Below are positions 27,439 to 37,191 of a DNA stretch of 64,000 nt, one piece after another; within the stretch, counting starts at the first letter, position 1, and each line of letters begins with the position of its first letter. The position numbers were made by a program, and so were the translations under genes. The stretch is from Alphaproteobacteria bacterium (GTDB taxonomy: Bacteria > Pseudomonadota > Alphaproteobacteria > RF32 > CAG-239): contig SUUK01000002.1 in NCBI GenBank assembly GCA_015062535.1, positions 31,946 to 95,945 of the forward strand, in the 5' to 3' direction. Under the pieces are notes generated by a model. That model made no database searches, was not told where the DNA came from, and saw only the letters and a list, made by a program, of their open reading frames with translations.

Positions 27439-28374
27439 ATGGCACTTTATACTACTGATTTGTTAATTTTGGGTTCTGGTCCTGCAGGATATACCGCAGG
27501 TATTTATGCTGCTCGTGCTGGAATTAAGGTTATGATTGTTTCTGGTAATCAAGAAGGTGGTCAATTAACAATGACAGCAAGTATAGAGAACTTCCCAGGT
27601 TTTGAAGATATTAGCGGTTATGAATTAATGGATAAAATGAAACAACAAGCAATAAAACTTGGTGTTGAATTTGTTAATGACTATATTGTTGAAGTTGATT
27701 TTTCTAATAGACCTTTTGTTTGCAGTTCTGAAAACGGGCATTCTTATAAAGCAAGAGCTATTATTGTTGCGACAGGTTCTTCTGCCAAATGGTTGAACAT
27801 TGAGTCAGAGAAGAAATATTTAGGATATGGTGTTTCTGCTTGTGCTACTTGTGATGGTTTCTTTTATAGAGGAAGAACTGTTGCTGTGATTGGCGGTGGC
27901 AATTCTGCAGTGGCGGAAGCTCTTTATCTTGCAACTCTTGCAGATAAGGTGATTTTGGTACATAGAAGAAACCAATTAAGAGCTGATAAAATTTTGCAAG
28001 ATAGAGTGCTTAACAATAAGAAAATTGTGGTTGAATGGAATAGTGTTGTTGAGGAAATTTTGGGACAAGATGAACCTAAAAAAGTTACTGGTATTAAAAT
28101 TAAAAATGTTGAAACAGATGTTGTAAAAGAAGTTGCTTTGGATGGTGTTTTTGTGGCTGTTGGTCATAAGCCTAATACTGACATATTTAAGGGTAATCTT
28201 GTGCTTGATAGTAAAGGATATATTGTTACTCATGAAAATAGCTCTCAAACAGATGTTGATGGTGTTTTTGCGGCAGGTGATGTGAAAGACCCTAAATATA
28301 AACAAGCAGTAATTTCTGCTGGTAGTGGCGCAATGGCTGCAATGGATGCTGTTGAATTTTTGGATAATGAATAG
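27439..28374 (+). CDS. trxB: Thioredoxin-disulfide reductase
   Basis: GSGPAGYTAGIYAARA (FAD), CATCDG redox centre, GGGNSAVAEA (NADPH), GVFAAGDV. 311 aa. Confidence 0.95.
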   Translation: MALYTTDLLILGSGPAGYTAGIYAARAGIKVMIVSGNQEGGQLTMTASIENFPGFEDISGYELMDKMKQQAIKLGVEFVNDYIVEVDFSNRPFVCSSENGHSYKARAIIVATGSSAKWLNIESEKKYLGYGVSACATCDGFFYRGRTVAVIGGGNSAVAEALYLATLADKVILVHRRNQLRADKILQDRVLNNKKIVVEWNSVVEEILGQDEPKKVTGIKIKNVETDVVKEVALDGVFVAVGHKPNTDIFKGNLVLDSKGYIVTHENSSQTDVDGVFAAGDVKDPKYKQAVISAGSGAMAAMDAVEFLDNE

Positions 28375-28391
28375 AGCTGTAAAAGCTAAAA

Positions 28392-28418
28392 GAAAAGAGC
28401 GCTTAGGCGCTCTTTTTT
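28392..28418. terminator. Bidirectional intrinsic terminator between trxB and ychF
   Basis: GAGCGC (28397-28402), loop TTAG, GCGCTC (28407-28412). A-rich 5' flank and T6 3' flank. Confidence 0.8.
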
Positions 28419-28425
28419 GTTAAGG

Positions 28426-29538
28426 TTAAACGTTAAATAAGAAGTTTAGTAAATCTCCGTCTTTAACAATATATTCTTTTCCTTCGGAGCGCATTTTACC
28501 AGCCTCTTTGCAACCTTGTTCGCCTCCAAACTTGATATAGTCATCATAAGAGATTGTTTCTGCTCTAATGAAACCTCTTTCAAAATCTGAGTGAATTATG
28601 CCGGCACATTGTGGGGCTTTTGAGCCTTTTAGGAATGTCCATGCACGAACTTCTTTTGGTCCGGCAGTAAAATATGTTTCTAACCCTAATAGAGCATAGC
28701 CGGCTTTGATGATTTTGGTTAAACCGGTTTCTTCTAAGCCTAATGCTGATAAAAATTCTTGTTTTTCTTCATCGGTATCTAACTGAGCAACTTCTGATTC
28801 TATTGCAGCAGAAATTATAACTGCTTTTGCATTTTCTAAAGAAGCTTTTTCAAAAACTTTTTTAGAGTATTCGTTTCCTGAAGAAGCACTATCTTCATCT
28901 ACATTGCATACGTACAAAACTGGTTTTGATGTTAATAATTGTAGCATTTGATATTGTTTGTAGGCATCTTTATTTGCAGGGTCTGGAGCTGCTGTTCTTG
29001 CAGGTTTGCCTTCTTTTAGAGCATTGATAATTGGTTCCATAACTTCTGCTCTTAAGCCTGCTTCTTTATCTCCACCTGTTTGAGCTTTTTTCTTTGTTTG
29101 TTCAAAGCGTTTTTCTAAAGACTCGAGGTCTGCAATCATTAACTCTGTTTCTACAATTTCTGCGTCACGAATCGGGTCAACAGAACCCTCAACGTGGGTT
29201 ATGTTGCCATCATCAAAACAACGTAGAACATGAATTATTGCATCTGTTTCACGAATGTTTGCTAGGAATTGGTTTCCTAAGCCCTCGCCTTTTGATGCAC
29301 CCTTTACAAGACCGGCAATATCAACAAATTCTAGTTGAGTTGGAATAATGTTTTTAGGATTAACAATTTTTGCTAATTCTTGTAAGCGATTATCTGGTAC
29401 AGCAACTCGTCCTGTGTTTGGTTCTATTGTGCAGAAAGGAAAATTTGCTGCTTGAGCTTGTATTGTTTGTGTTAAAGCATTAAAAAGTGTGGATTTGCCA
29501 ACGTTTGGAAGACCAACAATACCACAATTAAATCCCAT
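28426..29538 (-). CDS. ychF: Redox-regulated ribosome-binding ATPase YchF
   Basis: G1 [20 protein letters not shown]-terminal [25 protein letters not shown]. 370 aa. Confidence 0.95.
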   Translation of the reverse strand: MGFNCGIVGLPNVGKSTLFNALTQTIQAQAANFPFCTIEPNTGRVAVPDNRLQELAKIVNPKNIIPTQLEFVDIAGLVKGASKGEGLGNQFLANIRETDAIIHVLRCFDDGNITHVEGSVDPIRDAEIVETELMIADLESLEKRFEQTKKKAQTGGDKEAGLRAEVMEPIINALKEGKPARTAAPDPANKDAYKQYQMLQLLTSKPVLYVCNVDEDSASSGNEYSKKVFEKASLENAKAVIISAAIESEVAQLDTDEEKQEFLSALGLEETGLTKIIKAGYALLGLETYFTAGPKEVRAWTFLKGSKAPQCAGIIHSDFERGFIRAETISYDDYIKFGGEQGCKEAGKMRSEGKEYIVKDGDLLNFLFNV

Positions 29539-29629
29539 TTTATTACTCCTAAAAGATTGTTTGATTTTTTTAGAGTTATATAGGAGATAAGTTTGTTTTG
29601 CAATAAGAATTTTTATATAAAAAGGGAGA

Positions 29630-30202
29630 TTATTTTGCGTTATACATGCCGATTGTGTTTGAGTAGCTATCTATACCTTTTTCTACTAGTTCGGTAATTG
29701 ATGTTGCGATAAATTCTAATTTTGGTTCTAATATTTCTAATTCTGATTTTGAAAATCTAGATAATACGAAGTTTATGGTATCGGTATTATGCTCTTTTGG
29801 TGAGCCAACACCAATGCGAATCCGATTATATTCATTACCTATTTGCGAATCGATATTTTTTAATCCATTATGTCCGCCAGCACTTCCGCCTTTTTTGGCT
29901 TTTAATTTGCCAAGGGATAAGTCTTTATCATCATGTATAACAATGATATTTTGTGGGGGAATTTTGTAAAACTTTGCGGTTTTTTGTACGGAATTACCTG
30001 ATAGGTTCATATATGTTTGTGGTTTTAATAGAAGGGTTTTTTCTCTTCCGATAGTTCCTTCTGCAATTAAGCCATCAAACTTTTGCTTAAATGGTGAAAA
30101 ATTATGGCGACTGTGAATTTCATCAGCCGCCATAAATCCTATGTTATGGCGGGTTTTAGAATATTCCTCACCGGGATTTCCTAATCCTACCACTAAAAAC
30201 AC
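29630..30202 (-). CDS. pth: Peptidyl-tRNA hydrolase
   Basis: LVVGLGNPGEEYSKTRHNIGF, GGHNGLK. 190 aa. Confidence 0.95.
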   Translation of the reverse strand: MFLVVGLGNPGEEYSKTRHNIGFMAADEIHSRHNFSPFKQKFDGLIAEGTIGREKTLLLKPQTYMNLSGNSVQKTAKFYKIPPQNIIVIHDDKDLSLGKLKAKKGGSAGGHNGLKNIDSQIGNEYNRIRIGVGSPKEHNTDTINFVLSRFSKSELEILEPKLEFIATSITELVEKGIDSYSNTIGMYNAK

Positions 30203-30212
30203 TTGCTATTCC

Positions 30213-30503
30213 TTATTTACGTAAGAAGTCAACGTGAATAGGCATATCTGATACAGGATGGAATTGTACATCTTTGCAGATAACCTTTTCGTTTTTGCCG
30301 TTTACAACAACAGTTATAACAGATTTGTAGAAATCGCTCAAGTCTAAAGCTTTTTCTAATTCTACTGGGTGAAGACTGATGTTAAGAGCGTCTTTTTTGC
30401 CACCATAGATAACTGCAGGAACGCGACCCTCTTTACGACATGCGCGAGCTGCCCCCTTACCTGCTTTTTCACGTAAATTTGCATTAAATGTAATATCTGA
30501 CAT
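30213..30503 (-). CDS. rplY: 50S ribosomal protein L25 (short, N-terminal-domain-only form)
   Basis: REKAGKGAARACRKEGRVPAVIYGG motif. Only 96 aa, so it lacks the Ctc C-terminal domain usual in alphaproteobacteria. Conserved rplY-pth-ychF order. Confidence 0.85.
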   Translation of the reverse strand: MSDITFNANLREKAGKGAARACRKEGRVPAVIYGGKKDALNISLHPVELEKALDLSDFYKSVITVVVNGKNEKVICKDVQFHPVSDMPIHVDFLRK

Positions 30504-30620
30504 TTTTTTATCCTTTATATTTGTGTTTTATTTTTTGTAAACAACCTCCAGGGGTGCTGTTTACGTCGTACGTTTTAGTATGAAATATTTTAAAAATCAA
30601 GAAAATTTTGATTATAAAAT

Positions 30621-30648
30621 AAAAAGCCCCGTTGTTTGGGGCTTTTTA
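30621..30648 (-). terminator. Intrinsic terminator downstream of the parvulin PPIase gene
   Basis: AGCCCC (30625-30630) pairs with GGGGCT (30638-30643), flanked by A5 and T5. Confidence 0.7.
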
Positions 30649-30666
30649 TGTTGGTTTTTTGAAAAA

Positions 30667-31518
30667 TTATTTCTTTTCTGTGATTTCTTCACCTTCAAGA
30701 GTATATTTTTCGATTTTTGCAGAGTTGCGTAATTCTTCAAAAATTTCTGCAACTACTTTTTGTGTTACCATATTTTTCAATTGTGCTTCAACTTCTTTTA
30801 ATTCTAATGGCTTAGAAGCTCTTGCATCATCTACTAAAATTACGTGATAACCAAATTCTGTTTTAACAGGAGTTTTTGAGTATTCACCTTTATTCATAGA
30901 AAATGCGGCTTTTGAAAATTCTGGAACCATCATTTCTTTTGTGAAGTAGCCTAAATCTGCAACTTGGTCTTTTGAATATTGGCTAGCTAATTTTTCGAAA
31001 TCTTCGCCTTTTTTAAGTTTTGCAATAACTTCTTTAGCTTTTTCTTCTGTATCAACCAAGATGTGTTTTGCTTTTACTTCTTTTTGGCTTTCAAATTTTG
31101 AAGTGTATTCGTCATATAATTTTTTTACTTCTTCGTCGGTTACTTTTTCTTCAACCATTTTTTCTAAGTAAAGTTTACGAGCTAAATCTTCTTTTGCTGT
31201 TACTAATTGACGATTAAACTCTGGTGTTTCTTCAATTTTTGCAGCTTTTGCAGCTTGGTAAACTAATTTAGAGTTAACGAAAACATCTAAAGTTTTTGCA
31301 TAGAATTCTTCAAAAGGAACTCTATCTTTAATCTGTGGATGATCTGCATAACTTTGTTTTAAATCGTTAATATAAATTGTTTCACCATTAATCTTTGCAG
31401 CAATGCCTTTGTTTGCTCCAGCGTTTGCATTATATACTTTAAAAGATACAAATGATGCTACAGCAACAACTACTACAGCAACAGCGGTTATAACAAAACC
31501 AACAAGTCTCTTTTTCAT
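30667..31518 (-). CDS. Membrane-anchored parvulin-type peptidyl-prolyl isomerase (SurA-N-like plus PpiC domain)
   Basis: Start at ATG 31518 (MKKRLVGFVITAVAVVVVAV anchor). Parvulin core KAKHILV...FGYHVILVDD. Divergent from secA, as in many alphaproteobacteria. Confidence 0.8.
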   Translation of the reverse strand: MKKRLVGFVITAVAVVVVAVASFVSFKVYNANAGANKGIAAKINGETIYINDLKQSYADHPQIKDRVPFEEFYAKTLDVFVNSKLVYQAAKAAKIEETPEFNRQLVTAKEDLARKLYLEKMVEEKVTDEEVKKLYDEYTSKFESQKEVKAKHILVDTEEKAKEVIAKLKKGEDFEKLASQYSKDQVADLGYFTKEMMVPEFSKAAFSMNKGEYSKTPVKTEFGYHVILVDDARASKPLELKEVEAQLKNMVTQKVVAEIFEELRNSAKIEKYTLEGEEITEKK

Positions 31519-31690
31519 AAAATACCTCCAAAATAAAAGTTTTATTTTTAATTCTTTTATACATATATACTTATTTATAAAATATTCCAAGTATTTTTTA
31601 ATTGAGTTTATAACTTTTGTTGATAGTATTGACTTTATTTCATATAAACACTAAATGTAGCTATAAAGACAAAATATATAAGGTAAAGAA

Positions 31691-34387
31691 ATGTTAACAG
31701 ATATTGCGCGTAAAATTTTTGGATCAGCTAATGATCGTTTTGTAAAAAAACAAAATAAAATTGTAGAACAAATTAATGCATTAGAAGAAAGCTTTGTAAA
31801 ACTTTCTGATGAAGAACTAAAAGCTAAGACTGAAGAGTTTCGCTCTCGCCTAAAAGAAGGGGAAACTTTGGATGATATTTTGCCTGAAGCTTTTGCAACG
31901 GTTCGTGAGGCTGCAAAGAGAACTCTTGGGCAAAGACATTATGATGTTCAATTAATTGGTGGTATTGTTTTACATAAAGGTATGATTTCTGAAATGAAAA
32001 CCGGTGAAGGTAAAACATTGGTTGCTACATTGGCTGCATATCTTAATGCTATTGAACAAAAAGGTGTGCATATCGTTACCGTAAATGACTATTTGGCTAA
32101 ACGTGATGCTGAGTGGATGGGGCAAGTTTACCGCTTTTTGGGACTTAGTGTTGATTATATCGTTCATGAAAAGAATGATGAAGAGCGTAAAGCAGCTTAC
32201 AATGCAGATATTACATATGGTACAAATAATGAGTTAGGTTTTGACTATCTTCGTGATAATATGAAATTTTCTTTAGATGAGCGTGTTCAACGAGATTTTA
32301 ATTATGCTATTGTGGACGAAGTGGACTCCATTTTGATTGATGAAGCTAGAACTCCTCTAATTATTTCTGGGGCAGCAGAAGATTCATCTGAAAAGTATGT
32401 GCTTGTTAATAGAGTTATTAAAGATATTAAAGATAGCGATTTTGAAAAAGATGAAAAAGCTAAAAACGTTACTCTTACAGAAACTGGTATGGAGCATGTT
32501 GAAGAGCTTTTGAAAAATGCAGGTTTGATTGTTGAAGGTGGTTTATATGATATTAAGAATGTATCTTTAGTTAATCATGTTAACCAAGCTTTGCGTGCAA
32601 ATATTATGTTTGAAAGAGATGTTGACTACCTTGTTCGTGATAATAAGGTAATGATTATTGATGAGTTTACTGGTAGAGTAATGGAAGGAAGACGTTATAG
32701 TGATGGTCTTCACCAAGCTTTAGAAGCAAAAGAAGGGGTTGAAATACAATCAGAAAACCAAACTCTTGCTTCTATTACCTTCCAAAATTACTTTAGAATA
32801 TATCCTAAACTTGCTGGTATGACAGGTACTGCTATGACTGAGGAAGCAGAGTTTTGTGATATATATAATTTGTCTTGTGTTGAGATACCAACGAATCGTC
32901 CTGTTTTGAGAAGAGATGAGGAAGACTTTATCTACAGAACAACTGCTGAAAAATATAAAGCAATTGTTGATACTATTAAAGAATGTAACGCTAAAGGGCA
33001 ACCTGTTTTGGTTGGTACAACATCTGTTGAAAAATCTGAAGCTATTGCAACATTGTTAAAAAATCAAACAAATATTAAGTTTGAAGTTTTGAATGCAAAA
33101 CATCATGAACGTGAGGCTATGATTGTGGCAGAAGCTGGTCGTTTTGGGGCTGTTACTATTGCTACAAATATGGCCGGTCGTGGTACGGACATTCAACTTG
33201 GTGGTAATCCTCAAGTAGCATTGAACAAGCGCTTAACAGGAAATGAAACAGATGCTGAGATTGAAAATATTAAAAAAGAAATTGAAGAAGAAATAAAAAT
33301 TAATAAAGAAAAAGTATTAAATGCTGGTGGTTTGTATATTCTTGGTACAGAACGTCATGAAAGCAGACGAATCGATAATCAATTAAGAGGTCGTTCTGGA
33401 CGCCAAGGTGATCCAGGTTGCTCTAAATTTTTCTTATCTTTGGAAGATGATTTGATGAGAATCTTTGGTTCTGAACGTATGTCTGATATGTTAAGACGTT
33501 TGGGACTTCCTGAAGGTGAGGCGCTTGTTCATCCATTTATTAGTAAGGCTTTAGAAAAAGCTCAACAAAGAGTTGAAGAGCGTAACTTTGATATTCGTAA
33601 AAGTTTGTTAAAATACGACAATGTTATGAATGACCAACGTAAGGTTATTTATGAACAAAGAAAAGAAATAATGTCTATTGATGATATTTCTGAAACAGTT
33701 CTTGATATGCGCCATGATTATTTAGCATCTATCGTTTGTAATAACATTATTATGGGTAGTGTGCCTGAGGAATGGAATATTACAAAATTAAAACAGGATA
33801 TTTTTGCTGTTACAGGTATTAATTTGCCTTTAGAAGAATGGGTAAAAAGACCTGAAATTGATAGTGAAGATATGTTGGAATTAATAATTAAAGAGGTTGA
33901 TAGTTATATTGAATTAAAGAACAAAGATGTTCCTCAAGAGCTTATTAGATTAGTTGAGAAAAGTATTGTTTTACAAACTTTAGATCAACTTTGGAAAGAG
34001 CATATTGCTACACTTGACTTGATGAGACACACTATTGTTCTTCGTGCATATGGTCAAAAAGACCCTCTTAATGAATATAAGAGAGAAGCATTTAATATGT
34101 TTTCTGATATGTTGGATTTGCTTAAAGAAAAAATTACAGTAGTTGTTTGTAGAGCGGTTATTCAACAAAGCAGTGAAAAAGACATTAGAGCGCAAGAAGA
34201 AGCTAGAATGAATCAAAAAATGGAAGCTGTTCATGAATCTATGAATAATGGTGTTGCGCCTGAAAATAAAACTATTCAAGATAGTGCTAAAATTGAACGT
34301 CCAGAATGGGGAAATGTTTCTAGAAATAGTCCTTGTCCTTGCGGTAGTGGTAAAAAATTCAAGCATTGTCATGGAAAAGTAGCTTAA
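31691..34387 (+). CDS. secA: Preprotein translocase ATPase SecA
   Basis: [39 protein letters not shown]-terminal zinc finger [14 protein letters not shown]. 898 aa. Confidence 0.98.
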   Translation: MLTDIARKIFGSANDRFVKKQNKIVEQINALEESFVKLSDEELKAKTEEFRSRLKEGETLDDILPEAFATVREAAKRTLGQRHYDVQLIGGIVLHKGMISEMKTGEGKTLVATLAAYLNAIEQKGVHIVTVNDYLAKRDAEWMGQVYRFLGLSVDYIVHEKNDEERKAAYNADITYGTNNELGFDYLRDNMKFSLDERVQRDFNYAIVDEVDSILIDEARTPLIISGAAEDSSEKYVLVNRVIKDIKDSDFEKDEKAKNVTLTETGMEHVEELLKNAGLIVEGGLYDIKNVSLVNHVNQALRANIMFERDVDYLVRDNKVMIIDEFTGRVMEGRRYSDGLHQALEAKEGVEIQSENQTLASITFQNYFRIYPKLAGMTGTAMTEEAEFCDIYNLSCVEIPTNRPVLRRDEEDFIYRTTAEKYKAIVDTIKECNAKGQPVLVGTTSVEKSEAIATLLKNQTNIKFEVLNAKHHEREAMIVAEAGRFGAVTIATNMAGRGTDIQLGGNPQVALNKRLTGNETDAEIENIKKEIEEEIKINKEKVLNAGGLYILGTERHESRRIDNQLRGRSGRQGDPGCSKFFLSLEDDLMRIFGSERMSDMLRRLGLPEGEALVHPFISKALEKAQQRVEERNFDIRKSLLKYDNVMNDQRKVIYEQRKEIMSIDDISETVLDMRHDYLASIVCNNIIMGSVPEEWNITKLKQDIFAVTGINLPLEEWVKRPEIDSEDMLELIIKEVDSYIELKNKDVPQELIRLVEKSIVLQTLDQLWKEHIATLDLMRHTIVLRAYGQKDPLNEYKREAFNMFSDMLDLLKEKITVVVCRAVIQQSSEKDIRAQEEARMNQKMEAVHESMNNGVAPENKTIQDSAKIERPEWGNVSRNSPCPCGSGKKFKHCHGKVA

Positions 34388-34405
34388 TTTTGGGATATAA
34401 TTCTA

Positions 34406-35161
34406 ATGGTACATTTGTTAGAAATAAAAAATTTATATGCATCTGTTGGTGATAAAGAAATAATAAAAGGGCTTAATCTTACGATTAATGAAGGTGAAGT
34501 TCATGCAATAATGGGTCCTAATGGTGCAGGTAAATCATCTTTATCTTATGTTTTGAGTGGTAAAGAAGGATATGTTGTAACAAGTGGTGAAATTTTGTTT
34601 AAAGGTAAAAATCTTTTGGATATGAGTGTTGAAGAAAGAGCTAGAGAAGGTCTTTTTTTATCACTCCAATATCCAACGGAAATACCTGGAGTAGTTGTTT
34701 CTAATTTTTTGAAACATTCACTTAATGCTATTAGGAAATACAATAATGAAGAAGAGCTTGATACTTTGAGTTTTATGAAGTTATTGAGAAAAGAAGCAGA
34801 AACTTTAGGCATTAATCAAGAGATGTTAAAAAGATTTGTTAATGTAGGTTTTTCTGGTGGTGAAAAAAAACGTTTTGAAACTCTACAAATGGCTCTTTTG
34901 AAACCTTCTTTTGCAATACTAGATGAAATTGATTCTGGACTTGATATTGATGCTTTGAAAACTGTTTCTGAAGGTGTTAATGCATTAAGAAATGAAAAAA
35001 ATGCATTTTTGGTTATTACTCACTATCAAAGATTGCTTTCGTATATTGTTCCTGATGTTATTCATATTTTTGCTGATGGCAAAATTATAAAAACTGGTGA
35101 TAAAAATCTTGCTTTAGAATTAGAAAAGAATGGCTATGCATCTTTTTTGAAGGAAAAATAG
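34406..35161 (+). CDS. sufC: Fe-S cluster assembly ATPase SufC
   Basis: GPNGAGKSS, FSGGEKKR, ILDEIDSGLD, VITHY. 251 aa. Confidence 0.95.
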   Translation: MVHLLEIKNLYASVGDKEIIKGLNLTINEGEVHAIMGPNGAGKSSLSYVLSGKEGYVVTSGEILFKGKNLLDMSVEERAREGLFLSLQYPTEIPGVVVSNFLKHSLNAIRKYNNEEELDTLSFMKLLRKEAETLGINQEMLKRFVNVGFSGGEKKRFETLQMALLKPSFAILDEIDSGLDIDALKTVSEGVNALRNEKNAFLVITHYQRLLSYIVPDVIHIFADGKIIKTGDKNLALELEKNGYASFLKEK

Positions 35162-35162
35162 G

Positions 35163-36404
35163 ATGACTAATGTTTCTTTAATAAAAGATGTTGAGCTTTT
35201 TTTAGATGATAAACCATCTGTTTTTGCACTTAGAAATGAGGCAAAACGGGCTTTTTTGAATGCTAAAATTCCATCAAAAAAAAATGAAATATGGAAATAC
35301 TCTAATGTAAAAGAGATTTTAGAAAGCGATTTTGATGTTTTAGCAAATGATGAAGAAGAGTGCAGATGCGGATGCTGTTCGCATCATAGTGATGAAAATT
35401 TTCTAAATATAGTTTTTTGTAAAGGAAGACTTCATATAGAAGAGTATAATTTACCTAAAGGTGTTAATGTTATATCTTTGGCAGAGGTTTTGTATGATGG
35501 TGAATATAAAAAATATATTCATAAAACATATGATTTAGAAAAGAATTTTTTTGCATCATTGAATGGTGTTTATTTAGAGCAAGGCGTTTGTTTTGTGGTT
35601 GATGAGAAAATTAAAGAGCCTATTATAATTAGATATCGCAATAATGATGCTAATAATTTGATGATGAATGTACACAATTTATTTTTGATGAATAAAAATT
35701 CTAAAATTGAGGTAGTTGAAGAGTTTTTATCTTCTAATGACAATAAGTATTTTATGAATGTTGTTAATGAGTTTTTGATTAAAGAGGGAGCTAGTTTTAA
35801 CCATTATAAAGTACAAAAAGAAAGCTTTAACGCTTATCATATTGCATTAAACTCTATAAAAATTGAAAAAAATGCAGAATATAAGCAATATTATTTATCA
35901 AATGGGGCTAAAATTTCAAGAAATGAGACGTTGGTTAATCTTGATAATGATGATGCAAGGGCTGAAGTTTTTTCTATGTATAAGGCAAAAAAAGGTTGCT
36001 TAATAGATATTACAACCAATGTTAATCATAATGTTAGCAACACCCATTCTAATCAATATGCTAAAGCTGTTTTAGAAGAAGATTCTGGCGCTGTTTTTCA
36101 AGGTAAGGTGTATATTGCAAAAGATGCGGTAAAATCTGAAGGAAATCAACTTCATAAAGCATTATATTTAGGTGATGCAGAGCTTAATTGTAAGCCAGAG
36201 CTTGAAATATATGCAGATGATGTGAAATGCTCTCATGGAGCAACTTCTGGTGAGGTTGATAAAGAGCAATTATTTTACTTAACTTCTAGAGGGATAGCAA
36301 AAGAAGATGCGTTTAATATGCTAATAAACGCACATTTGGAAGAAATAGCATCTCTTGTTCCAAACGAAGATATTCGTTATAAGTTTTTTAGCTCTCTTCT
36401 TTAA
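35163..36404 (+). CDS. sufD: Fe-S cluster assembly protein SufD
   Basis: The C-terminal KPELEIYADDVKCSHGATSGEVDKEQLFYLTSRGI is almost identical in pattern to E. coli SufD. 413 aa. Has an unusual N-terminal CRCGCCSHH cluster. Confidence 0.85.
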   Translation: MTNVSLIKDVELFLDDKPSVFALRNEAKRAFLNAKIPSKKNEIWKYSNVKEILESDFDVLANDEEECRCGCCSHHSDENFLNIVFCKGRLHIEEYNLPKGVNVISLAEVLYDGEYKKYIHKTYDLEKNFFASLNGVYLEQGVCFVVDEKIKEPIIIRYRNNDANNLMMNVHNLFLMNKNSKIEVVEEFLSSNDNKYFMNVVNEFLIKEGASFNHYKVQKESFNAYHIALNSIKIEKNAEYKQYYLSNGAKISRNETLVNLDNDDARAEVFSMYKAKKGCLIDITTNVNHNVSNTHSNQYAKAVLEEDSGAVFQGKVYIAKDAVKSEGNQLHKALYLGDAELNCKPELEIYADDVKCSHGATSGEVDKEQLFYLTSRGIAKEDAFNMLINAHLEEIASLVPNEDIRYKFFSSLL

Positions 36405-37179
36405 ATAAGTATTTTTCCTGGTATTGTAGATTTGATATCCAAAAAGATGCCATGGTGTATAGAGTGAAGTTTACTAAAAACTCTCCTATAATTGTATCTA
36501 TCACACTTTCTCCAGATGATAAAATATAGAAAAATAAGTTTTTAAGCAAAATTGCAAAAAATATAAAAAATATTATAAACCAAAACAAGTATTTATAAAT
36601 ATTGTCAAATATAGGATAAAGGGTTTTATTTAATTCTAAGTAGTTTTTAGAGTTTAAAAATCTAAGTAATAATACATTATTTACAAATATTGCTGATGAT
36701 AAAACAATCAATAAAGAGAATAATATAAATAATCCTAGTTCTAGAGCAAAGTTTGGAGTTGCTTCTCGTTGGTGTAGTAAATACGCGCTTATACCTAGAA
36801 GAGCTAAAGATAATATGTTTACAATGATTATACAAAGAGCTCTTAAGTCCTTTTTGAAATATTGTTTTGTAAAGGTTTGTTTTAGAGAAATAGATTGAGT
36901 TGATAGAGCATTCCATCTGTTAATATATAGTGCTGTACATATGATACATAAAACTACAGAAATAGTTGCAACTATTGTTGATTTGGAACAAAAGACTAGC
37001 TCAAAATCAAAAGCACAAACATATACACGTCCTGTTGCAAACGAAATAATTGTTGTTATTAGTGCAAATAGTAGTGTTAATTTTAAGAAATTCATTAGAT
37101 GATTGCTTATATTTTGAAAAGGGTAAATAGCACCTTTCCAAAAGGGTAAAATATTTTTTTGAGTGTTTTTGTTTTCCAA
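36388..37179 (-). CDS. Hypothetical polytopic membrane protein
   Basis: 263 aa, about 6 TM helices. No family recognised. Its 3' end overlaps convergent sufD by 17 nt. Confidence 0.5.
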   Translation of the reverse strand: MENKNTQKNILPFWKGAIYPFQNISNHLMNFLKLTLLFALITTIISFATGRVYVCAFDFELVFCSKSTIVATISVVLCIICTALYINRWNALSTQSISLKQTFTKQYFKKDLRALCIIIVNILSLALLGISAYLLHQREATPNFALELGLFILFSLLIVLSSAIFVNNVLLLRFLNSKNYLELNKTLYPIFDNIYKYLFWFIIFFIFFAILLKNLFFYILSSGESVIDTIIGEFLVNFTLYTMASFWISNLQYQEKYLFKEES

Positions 37180-37191
37180 AATATCCTCCTT

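Noticed and set aside
30540-30575. Hairpin GTAAACA...TGTTTAC in the rplY 5' region as an L25 autoregulatory element.
   Set aside because: It is a 7-bp stem with a 13-14-nt loop. I know of no motif matching it, and I could not assess conservation.
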